Under the pieces are notes generated by a model, which saw only the letters and a program-made list of their open reading frames with translations, had not been told where the DNA came from and searched no databases. Both the position numbers and the translations under genes were made by a program. A stretch of DNA of 63,249 bases, the filler included, from Collodictyon triciliatum (lineage: Eukaryota): assembly GCA_043381765.1 (NCBI GenBank). It is 5 parts of 5 records of this genome, joined end to end, with 100 filler letters (N's around TTAATTAATTAA, not from the genome) between each part and the next. Parts side by side here need not be neighbours in the genome. Positions count along the whole stretch, not along the records: positions 32,699 to 48,911 come from JBHJMP010001567.1; positions 49,012 to 60,189 come from JBHJMP010001617.1; positions 60,290 to 63,249 come from JBHJMP010001705.1; 2 more parts are not named here. One strand, given 5' to 3'. Position 1 is the stretch's first letter; every line of letters begins with the position of its first letter. Shown piece by piece: positions 41,745 through 63,249 of the stretch.

Positions 41745-42407
41745 CTTTTCCCAGTGGTTGTGCTTTCGAAAAAGTCCTCGCTGCTTCCTTCCTTCCTTCC
41801 TTCCGGACTTCCTTGCAGCGGAAAAGCGGTGAGCGCGGATTGGGGCTTGAGAGACCACAGCCAACACGCAAACGGAGTGTAATGGAAGGGACAAAAACAA
41901 AATAAAACAAAATAAAACAAAACAAAATAAAATAAAATAAAATAAAATAAAATAAAATAAAATAAAATAAAAATAAAATAAAAATAAATGTAAAAATAAA
42001 ATAAAAAGAACGAAACGAGGACACAGGTGCCTTTAAAAACAAGCACCCTTCTTTCCTTCCTTACTACTTTATATCTATGCAACACGCTACCCAAGGCTCC
42101 TCTCAGCACATCAGTTTGCCACAGCTGATCAGCGCCATCACAATGAGGCTTTTATGTCATCTCATGTGTGGCTGAAACTGGCTCATTGTGGGATTTCCAA
42201 ATGTCGATGTAGTCGTTTCTGGATAATTTGAGCTCGCTTTATTCAGGCGACTTCATCAGAGAGGGAAGAAAGAGTGGGCGACGGAGAAGAGCTTGAAAAG
42301 ATGAACATGCTGGGACAAGAAAAGAAAACAGAACAAGACGAGAAGGTATACTTCACCCTAAACAAAACCAGGAGCGACAATAACACGAACCAAACCCACC
42401 ACACAAT

Positions 42408-43350
42408 TCAGGCATTTCCGGCACCGCCTTTTGCACTGGTCTGCTGGGCCATGTATGGCGCCATGACTTGGTGGCGGTAATCATGGGGCATGGGCGCTTC
42501 CCGGGCAGGATCGTATGGAGTGCGGATGGGGCGCAGCGGAATGCGCGAGTACTTCAAGGGAGTCAGCGGAGACACGCATCGGCCGTCGCTGGCGGGCGCT
42601 GTCGAGCCTCTCTGGAGAATCTCCGTCTTCTGATACTGCGAGTCGACCGAGTCCATGGCCAGCAGCTGCGGCGAGTTGGGATAAGCGACTGGACGAGGAT
42701 ACGAGCCGGACAAATGGGGCGACTACGTGGGGAGGAATCGTTAGGTTATGCAGCGCAGATGACAGATGACAGATGACAGATGACAGATAGCAGATGGCAA
42801 AGGCGGCTTTCTTGCAGAATATGGGCTCACGGGCGTGTGTAAGTGCGGTAGCTTGCTCGAGGTTGTGCGCATCGCCTGGTGGCTTGTCTGCACTCGGATG
42901 CGGGATGAGACTGTGCATATGTCGTCCTCTTCGCGTGGGGTGAAGCCCTGGTAGCCTGTGAATGGCCCGCGGCTGTTGTCCTTCAATGACTCTGTGTGGC
43001 CATGGAGGAAAGTGAGGGAAGATAGATAGATAGATAGAAAAGGAAAAAGAAAAGAAAAAAGAAAAGAAAAAAGAAAAGAAAAAAGAAAAGAAAAAAGAAA
43101 AGAAAAAAGAAAAGAAAAAAGAAAAGAAAAAAGAAAAGAAAAAAGAAAAAGGAAAAAAAATAAAGAACTAGGATTGTGTGTAAGCTAAAGAAAGCTGTCC
43201 TTGTGTGGGTGGACACCGTCCCGATCAACACTAACCGCGATGTGTGAAGCCATGATCGACGATGTTGTTTGACTGCGTGAGTCCGCGCCCGGTTCTCCAG
43301 GTGTCTCTGCCAGTTCCGTTCGGGTGGTTGTAATCGTGGAACTTGGACAT
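42408..43350 (-). CDS. Hypothetical ~200-aa low-complexity protein (3 exons) with ciliary microtubule-inner-protein-like motifs
   Basis: Frame-consistent splicing gives MSKFHDYNHPNGTGRDTW...HR|ESLKDNSRGPFTGYQGFTP...HTP|SPHLSGSYP...GAGNA*. Confidence 0.55.
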
Positions 43351-44046
43351 GTCTGCTTTTTTTGCGCGTATGCTTTCAGCGTCCTCCTTTCGTCTTCTCT
43401 TCCTGTCCTATTTTTCTTTGTTTCTGGATGGGCCGCTTCTATTCGGGTGTTGGTCTGTGATTGTAGAGAAGGATCGCCCGCAGTCGCCTGCAAGTAGTCT
43501 TTGGGTCGGGTTCGGGTGAGGTTTGTCCCAAATGGGTGTTTGTCGGTTTTATCATGCTGTAATAGTCAGAGACAACGGATTCTATTTGTGGATGATATAT
43601 TTTACTTTTAGAGAAGAGGGTTGGAGCCCAGAGGGAAATCATGGCCGAGGGTGGAGCCGATAATCACCACACAAAAGTGGCATCTACAAAAGAGACACCC
43701 GACGCGGTGCGATTAATTCTTCAACTTTATTTATCGCGATCCATCAAGACGATGGCGAGTGCCTTCAAGAATGATGCGCCATAATTCCTTTTTTACAACC
43801 ATATTCAACAAGAGTAAAGAGATTTTGTGGTATTTCAGAAGCATGTATGACTATTATCTGGACGAAAGACCTGAAATCGTGGACGCAGGGCATTCAGCAA
43901 AAATATTGTAAAAAAAAAACAGTAAGTCTTTGGTGAGGCATACCCCAAGCAATAGATTTATATTATAATCATCTTGTCCAAAAACCAAAATTAATGTAGT
44001 GTTAGTGTGACACAAATAGATTGGGGTTTCCTCAAAATATGAAATT

Positions 44047-44128
44047 TGAATTGTATTTGTGTTTTTTTTCTTCCTTTATTCGATTCAAAGTGTAGCGAGG
44101 TTATGCCATACTGAATTGTATTTGTGTT
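44047..44128 (-). mobile_element. Micro retro-insertion copy 2 (48 nt) with 17-bp TSD
   Basis: TGAATTGTATTTGTGTT at 44047-44063 and 44112-44128 flanks an insert whose reverse complement is GTATGGCATAACCTCGCTACACTTTGAATCGAATAAAGGAAGAAAAAA. Confidence 0.82.
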
Positions 44129-44273
44129 ATTGCACCATCTCGAGGAATAGCACGAGGAGAAAATAACGGCATATGATATATATTTATAGGTGAATCATAT
44201 TTTTTTTAAAAAAAATATATACTTGTATACTTCACGGCGTTGTCAGGCACATAATGCGGTATACCCCTTTTTT

Positions 44274-44327
44274 ATTTTAATCTTTAATGTTTTTTTTTCC
44301 TTTATTCGAATTTTAATCTTTAATGTT
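44274..44327 (-). mobile_element. Micro retro-insertion copy 3 (18 nt) with 18-bp TSD
   Basis: ATTTTAATCTTTAATGTT at 44274-44291 and 44310-44327 flanks TTTTTTTCCTTTATTCGA. Confidence 0.78.
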
Positions 44328-44718
44328 ATTCGGTATACTCTCTAAATTAATTTTATTTTGCGAGCATCACACCCCATTATTCAAAACTAATTCGATACAT
44401 AAATATGTATTCACTATAATCAAATTTTGTCAGGTAAAACTTTTTTGCGAGTACATGCATAAATACGCGATGACATATGATATAGACACCGATGCAGTTG
44501 TAATAATTCCCATAAAAATGCTTTTTGCTGTTACTCATGGAAAAATCTAGTGGTTAAATTCCAGTACCTCAACAGGATGAATTCTACTTCAAAGGTTTTT
44601 TTTTCATCCGCCCACAAAATACAATAACTGGAAATTATCCATTTTTTTTTAAAAAAAAAAACATCTTTTTAATTTATTGGACGCACACTTTCGTCTAAAA
44701 ATACGACTTATTTTCGTT

Positions 44719-46932
<2,214 letters not shown>

Positions 46933-47850
46933 TCGTCATGATAATGGGGTGGTTTCCTTTCTTCTTTCAAGTAGACAATGGCAATGTTAATGGCTGGGAT
47001 GGGAGAAAAGGAGGTGCTGAAGCCAAAAGGGTATGAGAAACAGTGTCCTCCTTTTTGAAGAGAAACAGAAAGTATTGGATAACTTCTCTCACAATAACCG
47101 ACCACTGGATGTAATGAAGCATGGTCACCAAATAAATTATCGGAATACTCTTGTGTTCCCTCGCAGATTATCCTCGTCAGAGTGAAAGGAGCTTTACGTT
47201 TTGTGTGTATTGATGACATGGCTTACTTACCAACAATTCACCTCCTTTTCGATCTTGGCTCGGATGGTTGATCAGATCTATCACAACTTCGCCACACTGA
47301 AACTCATAAGCTTTTTCTTTGGATAACGTTCCCGACGTACGGACACGACAAACGATGTGTTCCCAAAGAAAAAACATCGCTTGTGGAAATGATAATCGAA
47401 AATCAATTTTGGTCATGGTTTTCTTGTGTCGGCCCATGAAACTCGTTAAGTGAGCTAGGAACTTCCTTGGAAGAAAAATATCAAAGTGGTCTCTACTCAG
47501 GCTCGTTGCAAAGCCATCACATATGTCGCGTGTACCTGATTTAGTGAGGCTTCGCGCACATTCTGCCCTATGTCGAAGCGCGCCTGTCAGGTGTATCCAA
47601 GAACCGAACAACCATCACCACACTGATGAAACTCATTAGAACATAAAGATTCTAACCGGCATATGTACGAAAAAAGACGCAACAACTTTGTTAGACTGAA
47701 GAATGATAAATAAATGCATATTCTTGAATCGAATACAAGAATAAAACCGATTTATTTACATAGTTAATTTTCATGGCCCAGTAATTTGTGAAAACAAGTT
47801 CATCCTACGTTCTTCTCATTTCTTTACAGGGAAATCACAGCAAACAAATC

Positions 47851-47963
<113 letters not shown>

Positions 47964-48911
47964 GAGGCCAAGGTTGATACAAGGCCTGGCCTATGGTCAA
48001 CCATAAGATGTGCAGAAATTCCCAGACAACCTCGATGAAAGAACATAATCTCAAAAGAAAGTACTTGACATTTGACGAAACATTCAAAGTATTTAATGAT
48101 TCAAATGAACACAGTACACACTTTTGCTTTATATACGCAATACACTGACTAATACAACCGCTTCAACTCTTCAACAAATAGATTGTCTTCAAACGACTTC
48201 TAAGAAGAAAGTGTGGTATTCTGAACGAAAAAAAAAAGCCAAACAATATCACATTTCTGTGCTTTTTTTTTAATTCTACTTGTTGGATTGAAACGGCCGC
48301 ACTGAGATGGGTATGAATGGTCAACCCGATTTCCGCTCGATAGAATTTGTGCGGCCTTGTTGCCTGAGATTTCTGTAAGAGAATGGCACGCATTAGGCCA
48401 GCCCACTGATTTCTTTTTCTTTTTTTTTTTTATTCTTCCACAAAGACTCCAACGATACACCCTCACAAACCAAAGAGAAAATTATTATTGGAAAACACTT
48501 CTAATTACTATTATAAGTACAATTTGCGCAAAATTGATGCATATAACATAAAATTACCACTAATATATATTGTCTTACAAAACGCAGGGTTCTGCTTGTT
48601 TATGTGTTGTTGGTTGAAGATGGCATTCCATACTGCTACATACTGCTACAAACTGCGCCCAAACTTCCTCTACACCGATTCTAAAGCACAAGTATTTTGC
48701 GGATGCGCCGAAACAAACAAATCATACGAATCTCATTTGGTTTCTGTCTTGATGCTATCACCGCACCAGCTCTTCTTCGCCATGATCTCCGATAGCCGTT
48801 AGCCACCCGGTTAAAAACACAAAAAACACAAAAAACACAAAAAACACAAAAAACACAAAAAACACAAAAAACACAAAAAACACAAAAAACACAAAAAACA
48901 CAAAAAACAAA

Positions 48912-49011
48912 NNNNNNNNNNNNNNNNNNNNNNNNNNNNNNNNNNNNNNNNNNNNTTAATTAATTAANNNNNNNNNNNNNNNNNNNNNNNNNNNNNNNNN
49001 NNNNNNNNNNN
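48912..49011. other. Artificial contig linker
   Basis: N44-TTAATTAATTAA-N44, flanked by (AAAAAACAC)n and poly-T. Confidence 0.97.
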
Positions 49012-49073
<62 letters not shown>

Positions 49074-49363
49074 CTTTTTTTCCTCTTTTTTTTTTTTTTT
49101 TTTTTTTATCATTCTTGGCAACACTTTCGATTTCATATAATGCCGTATGTAATTTTCCATGGACTCGTTGGTTAGTTGGAAAATAAGATACGAGATCGTT
49201 CAAATGCTTCCACGGAATGTTTCAATGGAAGCCAAGAAGCGTTTTTTGAAGAAGGCCATAATCAGATAATAATAATAATAATAATAAAAAAAATTAAACT
49301 AAACAAAAACTGTAGCAAAGCGCCGTGCCTATCACTTGATCCGATTGGCTTCAGATCAGGAAT

Positions 49364-59017
<9,654 letters not shown>

Positions 59018-60189
59018 GATATGAATGTGTGTTACGGATTAGAATGACAACGACCTTGTAGCTGAACTCCTTTCTTTGCTCGTTTCCATTGTTATTATTC
59101 TCATTCCCTCTTTGATTTTCTCCCCTTTTTTTTTCTTTTAAGAAAAAAAAAAGGCTTTTGTCTTTGCAATCAAGATTGTCCCTGATTGTCGTGCTTTTGT
59201 CATCCCGACCTTGGACTCTTCACATCTCTCTTGATATTAGTCGTTGAACTTTTACAAAGCAATGTGATGACATCCCCCAAGTGAATATAATCGCTTCTAG
59301 TATCACCACTGTTTCCGTACTCTTTGGTATATGCGCATACGCAAAAAAAAAAAAAGTTTTTAAATTGGCTGTGTGGACGTTATCAGGAAACAACCACAAG
59401 AAATCGACCATTTTCAATGAATGAAGGTTTTATATTGTAGAGAAATATTTCAAGGAGCGTAGATTTCGTGCTGCATGAAAGGATTCTTTGGAGGATTATT
59501 GGGAATTCGAGCAGGACTCTATTGATATCGTCGTCTCTTGGAACTCATGGAAGTTTTACTTTTCAAAACATGAAATATTACTCTCAATCAATCGGCTAAT
59601 CGAATATCATGAGTGTGTTTCTTTTTTCCCCTATTTTTCCCTATCTTTTCTTCTTTCATTAATGACTCTAATTAAATGCAAAGACATGTCACATAGTGTG
59701 GTGGGGTGATTCAGATAATTCTCACGATTCTCTTTCTAAAGTCGACGGGTAATCAGATATCATGTTTCTTGGCTGACTGGCGAAACTGCGCTAATCAACC
59801 GCCACCGCTCTGAAATCTCGGCTGTCGCAAAAATAAGGATGAAGCCAAACAGGTATTGAAAAAGAGTGAAATGATATGCGTTTATTTCTTATCCCTGTAT
59901 ACCAATCAATATCTGTGAAAATGTATCGCAATATGACATTTTGAAGAGGGGCGAAGCGAACTAATGAATCGAAGGAGGTACGATGAGCGTACGCATCCAA
60001 GAGATTCTTTGTGAGGCCGGTTGTAAGCGAAACTGTTTTTGCAATACGCATTCTGCGCTACCGAAGCAAACGATTCAAACACAAGCAAACATACAAACAA
60101 ACAAACAAACAAACAAACAAACAAACAAACAAACAAACAAACAAACAAACAAACAAACAAACAAACAAACAAACAAACAAACAAACAAA

Positions 60190-60289
60190 NNNNNNNNNNN
60201 NNNNNNNNNNNNNNNNNNNNNNNNNNNNNNNNNTTAATTAATTAANNNNNNNNNNNNNNNNNNNNNNNNNNNNNNNNNNNNNNNNNNNN
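60190..60289. other. Artificial contig linker
   Basis: N44-TTAATTAATTAA-N44, preceded by (CAAA)n. Confidence 0.97.
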
Positions 60290-60291
60290 GT

Positions 60292-63046
60292 TCATAAGAT
60301 CCTTGACTAATAAAAAAAAAAAAAAGGCGTTTCTTTTCAGAATTATTGGGTATAAATATGCGATTTACAGTGTATTCTCTATCATTGATGGCCTCAGTTA
60401 CCACACTAATGTTATCATTTTCTCCTTCATTCGCCCCTTCATTCTAATGTTTCAGGTTTTAATTATTAGTGGGTTTCGTTCAAAAAGTTGTGGGAGGCAC
60501 ATATTTCAAGTTACCTTATACTTCATGCTCTTGTAATTTTCCCACTCAGTGGAGAATCTGGAGCTAATAATTGTAATGGTGAAGCCAACCCCCTGTAAAT
60601 ATGAATAAATGAATTAGTAGATCAAGGAATGATACATAGGTGGATAAAATTGGCAGATATCGGATTATTGTTCATTCTTCCTTTAAATTTGTGCAAGATG
60701 ATGGAGGCTTATGCTTTAGTGGTAGTTAAAGGATTATAAGCGCATACTGAAATGAGCGGAATAAGATTTTTATGCTTTTGTTTTTATTTTTATTCTGTTT
60801 TTCAGAGAAAAATAACAGTAATGAATGTGTAAAAATAGTCTCGATACACAATCAAGTTACCGAGAAGGCAAAAGGAAAAGTTACCACAGTCCCCAAGAAA
60901 ATGGCTATTGCAGATAAAATTCGACCGGCCTGTGTGACAGGTATGATGTCTCCTGATTTCAAATGATACAAAATAGATAATTTCATATAATATTAATTTC
61001 TATTGAAGTATCGAACATATACAAGCTCATGCACAAAATGTTAACTATTGATAATATTGGGTTCACAAATGTTTTTTCTTTACTCGATTGAAAGATTGGG
61101 TTCACAAATTTAGCATTACCATAACCAACCGTCGTAATCGTTATAACCAATAACCACAAAGAATTTGAAATGGACTGAATAGAACTTTGTGTATATGTGT
61201 TTGGAAAGTGTTTATATTAATAAAAAAAAACAACTAAAGAAAGAAATACTATTGATGTGAATATTTTGCCCCAGGTTTATGTCTTGAAAGCAATATAAGG
61301 GGTTTCTTAGTACAATGGAACCTTCTTTCATCATTTTGAATCCATATTCCGAGCTCTTCAGACCATTTCCCTCTCTCAGCATAGTACACAATTGTTGCAA
61401 AGAAAGATATGACAAACAGCAAGACAGACATGAGAGCAAAAAGTATATGTCTGCTTAAATGCAATGTTTGCACAATCACCTGAAATAATATTCAATTATA
61501 AATCATAATGATATGAAATGTATTTATTATAATTCAAATAACATATCAGATGAAATGGGTAGGAACCTATATGCGAATATGAACGACATTAAGAGACTTT
61601 GGATTGTAAAATAAACATTACGATTAAGCTAGAAGAGTATTTTCCTAAACGAAATATTCGAAATATCCGTATCAATCGGACGACACGAATGACTTTTAGT
61701 CCAGAGAGTCTCTGATTCAGTTATGGTAGGATTAATGTTATTAGGAATAAAATGACATTTTCTATTAAAGCAAATCTAAAATCAACAGCGGGCACGATCT
61801 AAATTAGATGTTCTCTTATTTTTTGGGAAAATCTTGAATTTGTGTCTGACATGCATATATAAAATTAAGCCACAATTAGTGTTAAAGCTAAAAATCATTA
61901 CCGCTGGAAGCATTAAGCTTATATAAAAGGGTAAGACTGAAACGAAGTCAATTATGGTAAAAGGATCTGTAATATAATTTAAAAAATTAGCAATACAGTT
62001 GCGTGCAGCCATATTTTGAAAGACTTTCAATATATAGACTTAAATTGACTTTGAATAGAATTAAGGAAAAAAATGAATACTTAAATTGAATACTTTTGTA
62101 ATTATTGTATATGATTATATAACCTTTCAAAAATGCTAGTGTACTGTCACAAGTTGCTAGTCTCACCATAAAGTCAAAGGAAAATGCACTTGTAATGACA
62201 ATTTCTATGGTAGACCTATAAGATTCCAGAAAATAAAATGATGTACGTTATGTGTGATTCATATTCTTTAGGTTATGTACCACATTATCAAACATGATCC
62301 AACGACCAAAAAAATTTTCCCATCGAAATGGTATGAAATACATGTGAAATGATCTTTATATCGAGGATATGGATTGGCGATATCTCCCATTAGAGAGAAG
62401 AAAAATTTTTTTGGCTCAAAAATCATGGATGACTTCATTCTATAAAGAATACGAACTAACCAGGGAGGTCCAGGATTATCACTGTAGTATGTTGGAATGG
62501 TTTGGACGCAGAATACCACGATGGACAAGATAATCAAACTCATCATGAATAAGCTCCATACAAAAGCCTGACCATTTTTTGAATGAATATAAACCACTCC
62601 TTAGTTACATGAAAAATATAAAAGAGGAGAGGAATATATCAGGTACGAAATTGATATTTGTCTGGCTTCAGGCAACAAAATTACGCTCTGACCGGTCTTG
62701 ATGATGACGGGTTCGCCATAAAGGCATATGCTTTTTGACGTAACCCCATTTCTTTTACTTCCTCGCATTTTTCCAAGGCCTCTGATTCGTTCGCTTGCTG
62801 AGCTATACGGAAAAATAATTGTTAATTTTCATCGAATGTTGAATATAATAAAGAGAATATAGCGAAATCAATTGATATGGTGAACTCATGACGAAATGTG
62901 TAAAGGATAGGAAAGAGGAGAGGCGCTACTTTATTCGATCATAAGTATATTATGAAATAAAGGCTATATCAATCCTATTAAAACGACTTACCAGGTGGAC
63001 CATTGACGCCGCTATTCGTATTGGCTTGAGACATTTCAATCTCCAT
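60292..63046 (-). CDS. Voltage-gated potassium channel (6TM Kv-like); ends uncertain
   Basis: NPSSSRP|AFVWSLFMMSLIILSIVVFCVQT (S1), IEIVITSAFSFDFMVRL (S2), DPFTIIDFVSVLPFYI (S3), LKVIRVVRLIRIFRIFRLGKYS (S4), FATIVYYAE (S5), SLWLLVITITTVGYG|DIIP (K+ filter), S6 GTVGVGFTITIISSRF. Confidence 0.92.
61056..61109 (-). mobile_element. Micro retro-insertion copy 4 (24 nt, diverged) with 15-bp TSD
   Basis: ATTGGGTTCACAAAT at 61056-61070 and 61095-61109 flanks GTTTTTTCTTTACTCGATTGAAAG, inside a Kv intron. Confidence 0.7.
62038..62089 (+). mobile_element. Micro retro-insertion copy 5 (diverged, opposite orientation)
   Basis: CTTTGAATAGAATTAAGGAAAAAAA (62049-62073) lies between ACTTAAATTGA cores at 62038-62048 and 62079-62089. 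Confidence 0.6.
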
Positions 63047-63249
63047 CTTTGAGTCGGTCCGAGAGATATATCGAGTGAATTCTTGGAGGCTTTCTTTATC
63101 TATTTATCTATTTATCGTTTATTTTATTCTTGTTTTTGTTTTATTTTTATTTTATTTTATTTTATTTTATTTTATTTTATTTTATTTTATTTTATTTTAT
63201 TTTATTTTATTTTATTTTATTTTATTTTATTTTTTGATAATTTTATTTT

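Noticed and set aside
47721-47746. TCTTGAATCGAATACAAGAATAAAA, similar to the micro-element (also 52291-52313 and 62929-62940)
   Set aside because: No convincing target-site duplication. These could be old copies or chance matches.
59220-60060. Short minus-strand ORFs or exon-like pieces after SMC2
   Set aside because: I could not assemble a consistent reading frame or recognise a family.

Overview
AT-rich, intron-rich eukaryotic nuclear DNA, probably from a unicellular flagellate, using the standard genetic code and mostly short GT-AG introns. The window is not contiguous. Four artificial 100-nt linkers (44 N + TTAATTAATTAA + 44 N) join five unrelated contigs, and there is one plain N gap at 8802-9617. 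Genes rebuilt by hand from splice signals: a soluble-adenylyl-cyclase-like protein with substituted catalytic Asp residues (partial), a cyclin Y-like protein, an ArfGAP-PH protein, an Erf4/GOLGA7/CHIC-like protein, a divergent Enhancer-of-zeste methyltransferase, cytosolic IleRS (partial), RUVBL1, a small C2-domain protein, an intronless ~1870-aa NLR-like protein (NACHT-pentapeptide-WD40-Sel1), a DDX5/DBP2-type helicase (partial), BMS1, an orphan with axonemal-protein-like motifs, an LRR protein, SMC2 and a voltage-gated K+ channel. Two signals stand out. The first is the intronless NLR, which has an appended Sel1 array and a Walker-B/sensor-1 charge swap. The second is a family of tiny (18-48 nt) poly(A)-tailed insertions flanked by 15-18 bp target-site duplications, found alongside a decayed L1/Tx1-type ORF2 3' end. 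Exon boundaries were read by eye, and family assignments rest on remembered motifs rather than database searches.
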